This document shows positions 1 to 14,800 of a stretch of DNA of 64,000 bases, in pieces. The notes below the pieces were generated by a model. It worked only from the letters and a program-made list of their open reading frames with translations. It was not told the DNA's origin and did not search any database. Positions within the stretch are counted from its first letter, which is position 1; the number at the start of each line of letters is the position of its first letter. Source of the stretch: Treponemataceae bacterium (GTDB lineage: Bacteria; Spirochaetota; Spirochaetia; Treponematales; Rectinemataceae); assembly GCA_963667725.2 (NCBI GenBank), contig CAXXHO010000005.1, forward strand, positions 928,001 through 992,000. The letters are read 5' to 3'. The translations under genes were made by a program, and so were the position numbers.

Positions 1-2989
<2,989 letters not shown>

Positions 2990-3026
2990 GATTTCCGGAT
3001 GCGCCCTCCTTACTGATTTTATAAAG

Positions 3027-4949
3027 CTGGCGTTGTACAGTGCGCGGTATAGAAAATCTTGCTAATACTCTATAAATAATAGAGTTATACGATTGCAGTC
3101 GAAAATCTTTTATACCGCAACAGGATCTCTTGCTACTGTAGCAAGAACTTTCTTTGGTAATTCAATAGTTAAGCGCTTGAAAATGTCCTTCGCCTCGTCG
3201 GAAATATCAGAGCAATACCAGAGGCTTACATTGTCGCTCTCAATAAGCCCTGCAGTAACATCGGACAGAACTTTTTCAATCTGGTACCACGACCGGTCCG
3301 CCATATTCTCTGCATACCGTACCAGCACCATGGCAAGCCAGCAAATAAGAATATGGCTTCGAATACGATCATCAAGTCGGTGGTATATGGGACGAATATC
3401 CAAGGTGTTTTTCATATCCTTGAATACCCGCTCTATGGCCCAGAGCTGCTTATAGCCGGCAACAATATCGGCAGCATCCAGCTTCATGCTGGACGTCGAC
3501 ACTAGAAACTTGCCATCAAGGAGTTCCTCTGAGGCTATCTTGGCGGTGTCGAGGTGCAAGACACCCTTCGTATCCTGCCTAATGTATCTGCCATAGGCGG
3601 AATGAGAGCGTAGCGCACACGCCGCTTTCGTGTGTGCTTTCCCCGTATACTGCGACAGTTCATCAAGCTTGCGCTTCGTAGCATCGACGATTTGTTCGCG
3701 TATGACATGGTCGCGCGTTTCGGCTTCCGGATTCTTGACGATGATGAATCGGCGCTCCGTGGCTTTCCCTGCATCGAGGACGACATCTTTAATCGCGAGG
3801 CCACTTTCCAGGATCCTGAATCGCCCTTTCCGGTGTAGGGCTTCTACCGCGGCGCCATCGGTACCAACGCGGAGCTTTTCGCCGATGATATAGTCACCGC
3901 ATTCCCGTAAAAGGATTCTTCTGTTGTCGGCACTATTGAATCCTGCATCTTGGACCATGACGACATGACCAAGATTCCACTGTCCTAGATCACCTTTCAC
4001 CTGCTCGACGATCGTCTGGTCGCTCGTGTTGCCCGGGAATACCCAGCAGCGAATAGGAATGCCGCTACGCGTCACCGCAAAGGCAATCGAAACCAAGGGT
4101 AGCTCGGGGTGCCCATCCTTGCTGTGGCCACGTTTTAAGAGTCCCGAGCTGGAAGCATCTTCATCGGTCTCGAAATAGGTGTTCGTCGTATCGAGGAAGA
4201 TGAGATCCACGTCGAGATGCGTATTCTTCGACACTTCGGTGAATATCTGCTTCTGGAGTTCCTCGTTCGACGCCACAAGAAGATCCATCGCCCTATAAAG
4301 ATTATGAACGTCTACCTCGTTAAGGTCTTTAATAAAGGCTTTCTTTGAAACCCAGTGCTCAAGAGAAAGCTTCGAACCCGGAGCGAGTATTCTTCCTGAA
4401 ACCATGGCAAAGCAGAGCCGTTCAACGGGTGTGGCGAACTGTCGTTCCTTAAGAAGCCCTTTGATAGCCTTGGCCATGCCGAGTCGATTCCACAAAGCAT
4501 CGAGAAGCCAGGTGCCGCCAAGCTCCCTGCTTGCGTGGAAGTCAAATTCGGCAAACGTCCCGGAAGAAGATTCGCCCAAGACCGCGGACAATGCCTTAAT
4601 GATCGCCTGGATGTAGGAAGGCTCGATCTGATCTTCCCGTCCGAGCTTCATAAGGACATTGGTCTTGGTCTTTCCTGTTTCCTTAACGCGGTAGTTGTGC
4701 ACAAGTTGAAGGTAAGTATAGGTACCGCCTTGAGCATTCTTTAGGGTACATTTTCGTACGTTCATTATACCGCTAATTATACAACATAGTGTTTTATCTG
4801 TAAAGTTTTATTTCGAATATTTATAGATATCTTATACCGCATTTGTATCATGCTTTTTGTACAGTCCGTTTTTAGTTATTTGTTGTCAGTATAATATATT
4901 AAGCTACTTTATTACTTGCTGCTTTATACCACACACTGTACAACGCCAG
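3027..4949 (-). mobile_element. Complete IS1634-family insertion sequence (1923 bp)
   Basis: Terminal inverted repeats 3027-3051 (CTGGCGTTGTACAGTGCGCGGTATA) and 4925-4949, 23/25 identical; direct repeat TAAAG at 3022-3026 and 4950-4954; one transposase; lower GC than the flanks. Confidence 0.93.
3110..4765 (-). CDS. IS1634-family DDE transposase
   Basis: 551 aa; YLQLVHNYR N-terminus, FLDTTNTYFE, GHSKDGHP, VQDAG, YKQLWAIERVFKDMK and RPIYHRLDDRIRSH. Confidence 0.9.
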   Translation of the reverse strand: MNVRKCTLKNAQGGTYTYLQLVHNYRVKETGKTKTNVLMKLGREDQIEPSYIQAIIKALSAVLGESSSGTFAEFDFHASRELGGTWLLDALWNRLGMAKAIKGLLKERQFATPVERLCFAMVSGRILAPGSKLSLEHWVSKKAFIKDLNEVDVHNLYRAMDLLVASNEELQKQIFTEVSKNTHLDVDLIFLDTTNTYFETDEDASSSGLLKRGHSKDGHPELPLVSIAFAVTRSGIPIRCWVFPGNTSDQTIVEQVKGDLGQWNLGHVVMVQDAGFNSADNRRILLRECGDYIIGEKLRVGTDGAAVEALHRKGRFRILESGLAIKDVVLDAGKATERRFIIVKNPEAETRDHVIREQIVDATKRKLDELSQYTGKAHTKAACALRSHSAYGRYIRQDTKGVLHLDTAKIASEELLDGKFLVSTSSMKLDAADIVAGYKQLWAIERVFKDMKNTLDIRPIYHRLDDRIRSHILICWLAMVLVRYAENMADRSWYQIEKVLSDVTAGLIESDNVSLWYCSDISDEAKDIFKRLTIELPKKVLATVARDPVAV

Positions 4950-5478
4950 TAAAGGTACTGAAATTGGTTTCGCAATTCTATGTGCCAGCGAAAATAAGGC
5001 TTTTCTTTGCTTTCCCTGCCTTGTTTCGCTCGCAATGCCTCTTATTCAGCGGCTCGTTTTAAGCTTTAGCGATAAGTCCGTACGGGGGTTTGGGATGGCT
5101 ACATCCATACAACCGCGGCCGACAGAAGCCTTTTCTTTTAGGGCGATGAGGCGATGCCCCCTTCAGCCACGGCGTACCACCGCCTCATTGGATCGGAGCC
5201 TTGAAACGAATACCGCAGCGTTTTATGCTTGACACCTTCGACAGGCAGTACTAAAACTCTTTAATTGCTTATGATATTATAATATATCAAAATTATTATA
5301 TAGAAGGCTCTATGCAAAAAAAATGAAAAACTGTGGAAGACAGCCTACTGGCAAACAACAAAGCCACTGACAGTCACAAGAGCCGCGAAACACCGCTCTT
5401 TCAAGAGTTTGGACTCAACATGGGCATGACATCCGCCATCTCAATTGATTTCATCATCGAATAAGAAGGGAGAGCATA

Positions 5479-5949
5479 ATGAAAAAACTGATTAGGGCAA
5501 TTTTTATCGTACTGTTTTTCTGCCTCTTATGCGCCTGCGATCTCAACGTCAATAATGGGATCGCGTCTCTGCATATGACGTGGACTAAGCGGACTGCATC
5601 GGGAAGCCACTATTGGGCTTCCATCGCGAGTTCCTCGGACGGCGCGAAGCTCGCCGCGGTGGATAGAATGGGCGACATCTATACCTCGGCGGATTCAGGC
5701 GCGATGTGGCCTCAGCGGACTGTATCGGAAATCTATAGTTGGGCTTCCATCGCGAGTTCTTCGGACGGCGCGAAGCTCGCCGCGACGACTCTTTATGACT
5801 ACATCTATACCTCGGCGGATTCAGGCGCGACGTGGACGCAACAGTCTGAAGCGGGAAGCCGCTATTGGGCTTCCATCGCGAGTTCCTCGGACGGCGCGAG
5901 GCTCGCCGCGGTGGATGGTATGGGCTACATTTATACCTCGGGAAATTGA
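5479..5949 (+). CDS. Small lipoprotein with three 42-aa Asp-box/BNR-like beta-propeller repeats
   Basis: Signal peptide ending LLCAC; repeats WASIASSSDGAKLAA...IYTSADSGAxW. Confidence 0.75.
   Translation: MKKLIRAIFIVLFFCLLCACDLNVNNGIASLHMTWTKRTASGSHYWASIASSSDGAKLAAVDRMGDIYTSADSGAMWPQRTVSEIYSWASIASSSDGAKLAATTLYDYIYTSADSGATWTQQSEAGSRYWASIASSSDGARLAAVDGMGYIYTSGN
5614..5940 (+). repeat. Coding tandem repeat, 126-bp period, about 2.6 copies
   Basis: TGGGCTTCCATCGCGAGTTC begins at 5614, 5740 and 5866. Confidence 0.92.
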
Positions 5950-6122
5950 GGTTGAATAGGCGAATCTCATTCCGAGCGGGGGCAAGGGGGGCGATGTCGC
6001 TCATCGCGATCAGGGTTTTTCCAACCGCAGCGTTCCCCGACGCAGACTACGACACAGGCGACTCCCTACGCTCCCATCGCCGATAAAGCCTTGATATATC
6101 TGATAGCAGTCTGGAGGATAGA

Positions 6123-7694
6123 ATGATGTGGCGAAAGATTATTGCCGTTGCATTGCTGTGTGGCTTGCTGGCCGCTGGGGCCGGGGCGCAGGAGACATCG
6201 GGTACCAAGGTTCAGGCCGCGGGATCGGGCTTAAGCGGGATCGCGCTGATTTCGAGGGCGGAGGCGCTGCGCGCCGCGGGCGAACTCACCGAGGCCGCAA
6301 GACTTTACAAGGAAGGATTCGCGACACTGAAGGCCGACGATCCTGAAGAGGCGCGCTATTCCCGCATCTGCAGGGACGGGCTCATCTCGATCGATCTCGT
6401 AAGGGCCACGTATTCCCTCGATGAACGGGCGGCCGACGCCGCGCTCGCGACGGCGTACCCCGAATGGGCCGCGGCCGGAGGCAACGCGCAAGGCGCCGCC
6501 AGGGGGCTGGAGCGGTTCATCATCGACGGGAAACCTCTGTACACGGCGGATCTGGTCGACAATGTCCAATTCCGGGACATGAAACTTATGCATGCCGACG
6601 AAAAGAAGAATAGCCTGTACGCGCGGCTTGTGTCACAGATGGTTGAACGCGTTGCCAGCGTTTGGCCGAAGCAGTCGTGGAAAACCTACGACTACCCCGC
6701 GACCTACACAGGTCTGCACACGATCGAGATCCCCCGCGACCGTCTTCCCGCGGCGGGACTTTTCAAGCTTTGGATTCCCCTTCCCATAACCTTGGCCTAT
6801 CAGCAGCCGGCGGAAATTCTGTCGGTGGAACCGGCCGAGTACGTCGCTTTGCCGCCATCCAGCGCGGGAAGGGTGAGCACACTTTACATGGAAATTCCGC
6901 TCGAAAAGATCATGGGGCCGCTTAAAATTGACGTGCGGTTTAAATTCACGCATTACGAACAGCACTTCAAGGTCGAACCGGCGCTCGTCGGCGCGTACAA
7001 CACCGCTGATCCTGAGTATATCGAATACACGAAATCCTCAGGCAACATCGAAGTCACGCCCGAGATACAGGCCACCGCGAAGAAGGTTGTCGGGGACGAG
7101 AAAAATCCCTACCTGGCCGCGCGGAAAATCTACGACTACATGATGAAGACCGTCGACTACAGCTATATGCCACACCTCATATTCGACCCCCGGTCGAGTC
7201 TGACGGAATCGGCGTATGTGCAGGAATACAAGGTGGGCGACTGCGGCTCGCAGGCCATGTACTTTGCCGCGCTCTGTCGGGCGGTAGGGATTCCCGCGCG
7301 GACGCCGGGCGGGTGGCAGCTTTTCACGAACAACTTCGCGAGCCACTTTTGGGCCGAGTTCTATGTGCCGAATTATGGCTGGGTGCCGGTGGATCCGAGC
7401 GCCGGACAGATGTCACTGTATACCGATAGGGTGGATTCAGCTACGCGGCAAGCCTACACGGACTTTTTCTTCGGACGGCAGGACGCGTATCGGTGCGTTG
7501 TGCAGACCAATGTTGATGAGCCGTTCGTCCCGGTCTATCCTGGCATGAGTTTTATTCCCCTCGCGATTCAGAATCCCGTGGCTTCCTGCGACGCGATGGA
7601 CCCCGCGAAGGGTGAGGACGTCCTTTTCACGATGCTGGAGTTTTCCACGCTGAAGGTTGAGAAGGCTGATGTGTCCAAACCACTCGGACTATAG
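6123..7694 (+). CDS. Secreted transglutaminase-like (cysteine protease fold) protein
   Basis: Signal peptide; GDCGSQA...LCRAVGIPAR, HFWAEFY and GWVPVDP give a Cys-His-Asp triad. Confidence 0.85.
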   Translation: MMWRKIIAVALLCGLLAAGAGAQETSGTKVQAAGSGLSGIALISRAEALRAAGELTEAARLYKEGFATLKADDPEEARYSRICRDGLISIDLVRATYSLDERAADAALATAYPEWAAAGGNAQGAARGLERFIIDGKPLYTADLVDNVQFRDMKLMHADEKKNSLYARLVSQMVERVASVWPKQSWKTYDYPATYTGLHTIEIPRDRLPAAGLFKLWIPLPITLAYQQPAEILSVEPAEYVALPPSSAGRVSTLYMEIPLEKIMGPLKIDVRFKFTHYEQHFKVEPALVGAYNTADPEYIEYTKSSGNIEVTPEIQATAKKVVGDEKNPYLAARKIYDYMMKTVDYSYMPHLIFDPRSSLTESAYVQEYKVGDCGSQAMYFAALCRAVGIPARTPGGWQLFTNNFASHFWAEFYVPNYGWVPVDPSAGQMSLYTDRVDSATRQAYTDFFFGRQDAYRCVVQTNVDEPFVPVYPGMSFIPLAIQNPVASCDAMDPAKGEDVLFTMLEFSTLKVEKADVSKPLGL

Positions 7695-7729
7695 CGAGCG
7701 GTAGCCGCTAGCAGAGCGGGGAAAGGAAA

Positions 7730-8737
7730 ATGACGATGAAAAAAATTATGCAAAGGCATCCGGTTACGTCTTTTTTCGTGATCGCGTTCGCGATTTCCTG
7801 GGCGGTATGGCTGTCGCTTCTAGCCGTCCACGGCGCGGAAGGGTCCACCGTCCTGCTCATCATTCTCATCGGGGCGTTCGGGCCCGCCCTTTCGGGCTTC
7901 ATATGCGCCAGCGTCCAGGAACCTGGGAAAAGCGGCGGCCATGGGATGCGCCAATGGATGCTGTGGGCCGCGGCAACCATCGTCATTTTGCCTCTCGCCA
8001 TCAACTGGTCTTTTTTGAAAGGGCACGCGGAGAAAGCAAGTTTTTACTTCCTCGCGTTGATTCTTTCCGGCTTGGCCGGATTCATAGTCTCCGGATCGCT
8101 GTCGCGGCGGAACGGGGTGCGGCGGCTCATGTCCCCGCTTCTGCGCTGGCGCGAGCGGCCTCTCTGGTACCTGTACGCCATCGTTTCATGGCCTGTCGTG
8201 CTTCTCGCCACGAACATGCTCGATATCCTGCTTCATGGAGGCTCGGCGGGAGACTATTTTTCGAGCCTTGGATCGTTCTCGGTCGGCAGGATAATTATCG
8301 CGTTTATGACAACCATGTTCATAGCGGCGCCTTTCCAGGAAGAACCCGGATGGCGCGCCTTCGCACTCGACCGGCTGCAGCGCGGCGCGTATAGCCCGCT
8401 GGTGGCGAGCGCGATCGTGGGGATCATGTGGCAGCTCTGGCATCTGCCGCTTTATTTCGTTGGGCTGTATCCTTTCAGCGTGGCGGACATGCTTTCTAGG
8501 CTCATCACCTTCCTGCCGGGCGCGATCATCTACACGTGGCTCTGGAACCGGACGCGCGGAAACTTCCTTATTCTGGTGCTTTTCCACGCGAGCAACGACG
8601 CTTTCTCGCAGCTTCTGCCCCTGCGGGGAGCCGGCGCGTCGCGGCTGTTCGACATCGTCATCTTCGCGTGGGGAATCGCGCTCTTGTGCTCGGACAGGAT
8701 GTGGAAAAGGATTCCACTCCCGGAAAAGTATCGGTAA
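7730..8737 (+). CDS. CPBP (CAAX/Abi) family intramembrane glutamic protease
   Basis: Multi-TM; EEPGWR, WQLWH and FHASND motifs. Confidence 0.88.
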   Translation: MTMKKIMQRHPVTSFFVIAFAISWAVWLSLLAVHGAEGSTVLLIILIGAFGPALSGFICASVQEPGKSGGHGMRQWMLWAAATIVILPLAINWSFLKGHAEKASFYFLALILSGLAGFIVSGSLSRRNGVRRLMSPLLRWRERPLWYLYAIVSWPVVLLATNMLDILLHGGSAGDYFSSLGSFSVGRIIIAFMTTMFIAAPFQEEPGWRAFALDRLQRGAYSPLVASAIVGIMWQLWHLPLYFVGLYPFSVADMLSRLITFLPGAIIYTWLWNRTRGNFLILVLFHASNDAFSQLLPLRGAGASRLFDIVIFAWGIALLCSDRMWKRIPLPEKYR

Positions 8738-8870
8738 TATATAGAAATCATACCATAAAGATTTTATTTCATTATATTAAAAGAGACAGGCTCATCCCTC
8801 CGACGGACCGGAACGGAATAAGGGTTTCTATTCGGTGTCCCAGGCTGCCAATCATTCTTCTAGGATAAAT

Positions 8871-11800
8871 ATGAAAAAAGGTCTTCTCATTGGATATTTC
8901 CCCGCCCGGCAAGAAGCGATTATCGCGTCCAGGAAATTGCGAAAGCGGGGATTCCGATGCGTGGCAAGGATCAGCAAGAGCGCCGAAGGGGAGATCCAAA
9001 TCGGCAGACCCTTATTACGGCGCTGGCTTTTCGGCGTAAAGAGGAAATTGATAGAAAATCATGGACGCTGGCTCGTCGCTGGCGATACGGCGCTTATCCT
9101 CGTGGCTCCGATTGAAAAATTAAAAACACCGGCCAGGATTTTGCTGGAGAGAGCGGAGGCGATTCCGGCGGTTTTTGTTCTGCATCCCAAACGAGAAAGG
9201 CCAATCAGAGACCGGAGAGAACGTGGATTTGGGGGCTCATTGTTGAGCCCGAATCAACTTCATGAATACGCCTTGCGTCTGGCGGCCGAACACCGACTTG
9301 ACCCCAAGCCCTTGCGGAACACCGATCTGCTCAAACGGTTGGAACGTGGGCGTGAATGGATACAGCGGATATGCCGAGACCTGGGCGAAGCGTCACATCT
9401 GCAGCAAAGCGTGCCGCCGACCGCGGAATGGCTTCTGGACAACGAGTATATACTCGAAAGCAACGCGCGCGATGTACGCCTGAATCTTCCCTGGCCCTTT
9501 TACCGACAGCTGCCGGCTCTCGCGAACGAAAACGACCACGGTCTGCCGCGCGTTTGCAGTTTGGCGCATGAACTGGTCGCCCGTACCGAGCTGTTGGTGG
9601 ATGAACAGAATATCATGTCCTTTATAGAGGCCTATCAATCGGTGAGCTCTCTTTCGATTGGCGAACTATGGGCTGTTCCCCAGATGCTGCGAATGGCTCT
9701 CGTCGAGAGAATAGAAGAACTCGCCGGCCGAGCGCTCACCGAGCTGCGAGAGCAGGAAATCGCGGATTTCTGGGCGCATCGGCTCATCACCACCAATAGG
9801 CGCGAGCCGGGCCAACTGTTCGCGATCATGGCCGAATTGGCCAAAGCGTACCCCTCCCCAAGCCCCTACTTCGCCTCGCAATTGAATGATTATCTTTATG
9901 ACGAAGAAGCGGTGATGGCTCCGGTGAAGGGATGGCTTGAACGCGCCTTCCAAAAATCCTTGAATGAGATAATCCTGCGCGTGAAGAATCAGCAAACCAG
10001 GGATCAAATCTCCATCGGGAACGCTTTTACGAGTCTCCGTCTTCTCGCCGTGCTGGACTGGAAGGTATGTTTCGAGCGGCTCAGCCGGGTGGAAGCGATA
10101 CTCAAAAGGGATCCCGCCGGTATCTATTCCACCATGGATTTTCCCACGCGCGACCGCTATAGGCGGGCGATAGAAGATCTGCGCCGCGGGTCCGGTCTCG
10201 AAGAAGAAAAAATAGCTGAGCGTGTCGTTGAACTGGCTGCGAGCGCTCATGGAGACTCGGCGTTGGACGATCGATCGACTCATATCGGAACCTATTTGAT
10301 CGGCGAAAAGAGAGGCGAGCTGGCAAAATTGATCGGATGCCGGGAAGCTTTGCGCTTTCGCGCTTTACACTGGGCATATCGGCACCATTCGTCGGTTTAT
10401 TTTCTCGGTCTGACGTTCTTTTCGGTCGCGTTGATCATCCTTGCTCTGCGGGCGGGCGCTTTTGCCAGCGGCTTGGGGTTTTGGTTTTTATTCGCGGCGC
10501 TCCTGTTTCTTCCCGCGAGTCAGATATCACTCGAACTGTTGAATACAATTATAATCAAGCTTTTTCCGGTTCGAGCGCTGCCAAAACTCGATTTCGGCGA
10601 GGAGGGGATTCCCCCCTCCTGCCGAACCTTGGTTGTCGTCCCCATGATGCTGGTGGACAAAGCGACGATAAAAGGAGAAGTGGAAAAGCTCGAGATCCGA
10701 TATCTCGCCAACAAAGAGGATAATCTGCTCTTTTGTCTGTTCTCGGATTACAGCGACTCGTCGACCGCCCACTGCGGCACGGACGAGGGGCTGCTGCGAT
10801 ACGCGACGGAGAGTATCCAAGCGCTTAACCAGAGACATGGCGGTAGACGATTCCTGCTGCTGCACCGCGAGCGGAGGTGGAGCGATAGCGAGCGGAAATT
10901 CATCGGCTGGGAGCGCAAACGCGGGAAACTGGAAGAACTCAATAATCTCATCGTCGGCAATCGCCCTCGCGACGCGGAGTCTTTGGTGCGTCTGGGCGAT
11001 CCGGCTGTTCTGACCAGCCTGCGATTTGTCATTACCTTGGATAGCGACACGCAACTGCCTGCCAACGCGGCACGGAGGATGATAGAGACCTTGGCGCATC
11101 CGCTCAACAGGATTCGCTTTGATGAATCGGGCCGGATCCTGTCCGGTTATACCATAATTCAGCCGCGCGTCAGCCCTTCGCTTCCAAGCGCAAACGGCAC
11201 TCCTTTCAGCCGGCTCTTTTCTGACCCAATCGGCATAGATCCCTATACCAACACCGTCTCCGATGTATATCAGGATCTTTCCGGAGAAGGCTCCTATCAC
11301 GGGAAAGGCATCTATGACGCGCGAGCCTTCAATAAAATAGTATCCGGAAAATTCCCGGAGGCGCTGCTGCTCAGTCACGATCTGATCGAAGGAGCCCATG
11401 TCCGGGTGGGCTTCGCCTCCGATATCGAACTTTACGATGAGTTTCCGCAAGATTACCTGAGCTACGCAAAGCGGCAGCATCGATGGATCCGCGGCGATTG
11501 GCAGATTGCCGATTGGATGATGTCCCGAGTTCCCCAGGCCGACGGCGGCAAGGGCCCTAATCCACTCTCGTGGCTCGATCGATGGAAAATCTGCGACAAT
11601 CTGCGCCGCAGCCTGCTTCCCGTGGCGAGCCTTGCCCTCTTGATAAGCGCATGGCTTGTTTCCCCGCGGGCCGGCGTGGCCGCAAGCATGGTGGTCGCGG
11701 CACAGCTTTTCTTCCATTCCTTGGTGCAGCCATTCGCCTGGGCGGCCAGCGGAAGGGGATTCAAAAGGGCTTCGATCGAGAAAGCGGCGCATGATCTGCT

Positions 11801-14800
11801 CCGCGTGGTAATTGAGGCGGCCTTATTGCCCTTCCAGGCTTGGCTCGCGTTGGACGCCATCGGAAGGGTTTGGTATCGTCGCCGGATCTCGCATCGGGGA
11901 TTGCTGGAATGGACATCGGCCCAGGCGATGAATGTTAAGTCGCAGGCGAAGGTGAAAAAGTTCATCATCTCCATGAGTCTGGCGAGCCTTTTTGGCCTGT
12001 CCGCGGGCTGGGCTATCATGTTTGCCCGGCCTGTCAATTTTGGAATCGCCTCCCCATGGCTGCTGCTCTGGATACTCTCGCCGCTATTCGGCTGGCTGCT
12101 CAATCGTCGGCCTCACCTAATGGCGCCAAGAGAAGCGCTTCCCGAAGAAGATCGGCGATTTCTGAGAAACGTTGCGCGACGCACTTGGCGCTATTTCGCC
12201 GATTTTGTAAATGAGGAAAGCTCCTGGCTGCCGCCCGACAATTTTCAGGTCTTCTACCAAAAAGGACTGGCGTTTCGGACTAGTCCGACGAATATCGGCT
12301 TGTATTTGGTCAGCGCGTTGAGCGCTTTTGATTTTGGCTATCTCTCAGTGGATGAAGTCGCCAAAAAACTGACGAAGACGATGGAGACCATAGAAAAGCT
12401 TGAACGCCACGAAGGCCATCTTCTCAATTGGTATGATATCAAAACACTGGCTCCCCTCAATCCGCGCTATGTATCCACGGTGGATAGCGGAAATCTGCTC
12501 GGCTCGCTTTGGACCTTGAGACGCGGGCTGGAGTCGCTGGTAAACGCGCCGCTTTTGGATAAGAAAGCTCTTGCGGGCTTATATGACACCAATGAGGTGC
12601 TGCGGCAAGTGGGTCGGGAAGGGCAAATTTCCGGCGAAGAAACCTATGTTCTGGATGAACTAGAATTCTCGCTGGAATCTTCGCCGGCTTCGATTATAGA
12701 TATTCTGCGCATCGCGCGCAGGGTACGGAGCGATATTCCGCCGCTTGCCGAAAATGCTGAGACAGCGTATTGGAGCGCTCAAGTTCGGAGCCGCGCGGCG
12801 GCTTGGCTGGATGTCGCGGCTCGATATCTCGCCTGGATTGAAATTTTATCTGAAAAGACCGAAGAGGAGATCGCCGTTCTGGATTCGGGTGCCGCAAAGG
12901 CTTTTCGCGCGGCGCTCAATCAGGCGCCTTCTCTCAAGGAATTGGCGAGCGGAACCGCTGATTGCGCCACATTCCTCGAGACCATCCGGCTGAAAGCTCC
13001 CGCGAGTGACTCTTCCTTTCTGGATTGGATCGACCGCGTATCGAAAGCGCATGATCGAGCGAAATGGCTGGCAGGCGAGATGGTGGCGATAGTGGAGCGA
13101 CTGTCTCGCGCCTGCGGCGGACTTTCGGAATCGATGAATATGCGCTTCCTTTTCAATACCGAGCGGCGTCTGTTTTCCATCGGCTACAATGTTTCCGAAG
13201 GACGCCTCGACCATGCTTTTTACGATTTGCTGGCGAGCGAGGCGCGTTTGGGGAGCTTTGTGGCTATTGCCCGAGGGGATATTCACCCGGAGCATTGGTT
13301 TGCCATGGGTCGGCCTTATGGCGCGATCGGCCGGCGTCGGGTCCTTCTCAGTTGGACGGGAACGATGTTCGAATACCTGATGCCCCTGCTTTTTCAGAGA
13401 ACCTATAAGAATTCGCTGCTGGATAAGGCTGTCAAGGAGGCCGTCGCGATACAAATCGCCTTCGGGCGCAAGCATCACGTGCCCTGGGGGATATCGGAGT
13501 GCGCCTTCGGGGATCTCGATATCCAAAAAGCGTATCAATACCAGGCGTTCGGGGTACCGGAACTCGGGCTCAAGCGGGGCTTGGCGGAAAAAATTGTCGT
13601 GGCTCCTTATGCCTCGCTGCTGGCGGTGAGCTTCGTGCCGCGTGAGACGGTGCTGAACCTGAAGCGATTCGCCGAATTGGGGTTGTTGGGCGATTATGGT
13701 TATCTCGAATCTCTGGACTATAGCCGGCAATCGATGTATCCAATCGGGCGTGGGGTGATCGTGCGCGCCTACATGGCGCATCATCAAGGCATGAGTTTTT
13801 TGGCGCTGACGAATTTTCTTCAGAATGACTACTTGAAGCGGCAATTCCGGGCCGACCCGCGCATACGAATGGTCGAGCCTCTGCTTCAGGAACGGATTCC
13901 GATCATACCGCCGCTCCATCATATTACCACGCGCGAACGCGTTTCTTCGGTAGCGAGCGTCGGCGAGCCCAAACCCTCGGTCAGCCAGTTCGAAACCCCG
14001 CATACTTCGAGGCCTAAAACCCAATTACTCTGCAACGGCAACTATAGCCTTATGCTGACAAGCGTGGGCGGCGGTTATAGCCGTTGGGGAAATTTTGAGC
14101 TGACGCGCTGGAGATCGGATTCGACCCAGGATTCCTGGGGAACCTTCTGCTATATTCGCGATGTCGATTCAAGCCGATTATGGTGCGCTACGTATCAGCC
14201 GATCAGAGGTCATGTTGAACAGTTCAGCGCTAACTTTTCCCTAGACCGCGCCGTATTTCGGCGCGTCGATAATCAAATATTAACGGAAACGGAGATAATT
14301 GTCGCGCCGGAAGACGACGTGGAAATTCGTCGAATGACGCTGGTCAATCGATCGGGCTTCGATCGCCGGCTGGAACTGACGAGTTATATCGAACTGGCAT
14401 TGGCGCCGCACAACGTTGACAGGCAACATCCCGCGTTTAATAAAATGTTCATTCAGACCGAGGCGCTGCCTGAGCAGCAGGCGCTTTTGGCCTATCGCCG
14501 CCTCCGAAGCGCCATCGATCCGCCGATCTATGTCGCCCACCGATTCACTCTGGAGCCGACAGCCGGCGAATCCACCGATACACCTTTGCGCTTCGAAACC
14601 GACCGGCGTCGATTTATCGGTCGGGGACGCACCCTCGCCAACCCGATGGGCGCCGAAGAGGAATCTGGCGGCAGCCAAGGCTTTGTCTTGGATCCGATCC
14701 TCAGCCTGCGCAAGAGCATTACCTTGGCTCCCGGCAAACGGCTCCAAATATCCATGATTCTTGCCGTCGGAGCCTCGCGGGAGACGGTCCTCGCCTTGAT

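Noticed and set aside
4972..4987. TGGCAC...TTGC on the minus strand as a sigma54 promoter for xfp
   Set aside because: GG-to-GC spacing is 11, not the required 10
5350..5365. GGCAAAC..CAAAGCC resembling a c-di-GMP-I riboswitch
   Set aside because: The GNRA-capped stem between the two motifs and the downstream receptor stem are absent
5614..5940. Repeats as a CRISPR array or DGR
   Set aside because: In-frame coding repeats without unique spacers; no cas or reverse transcriptase genes in the window
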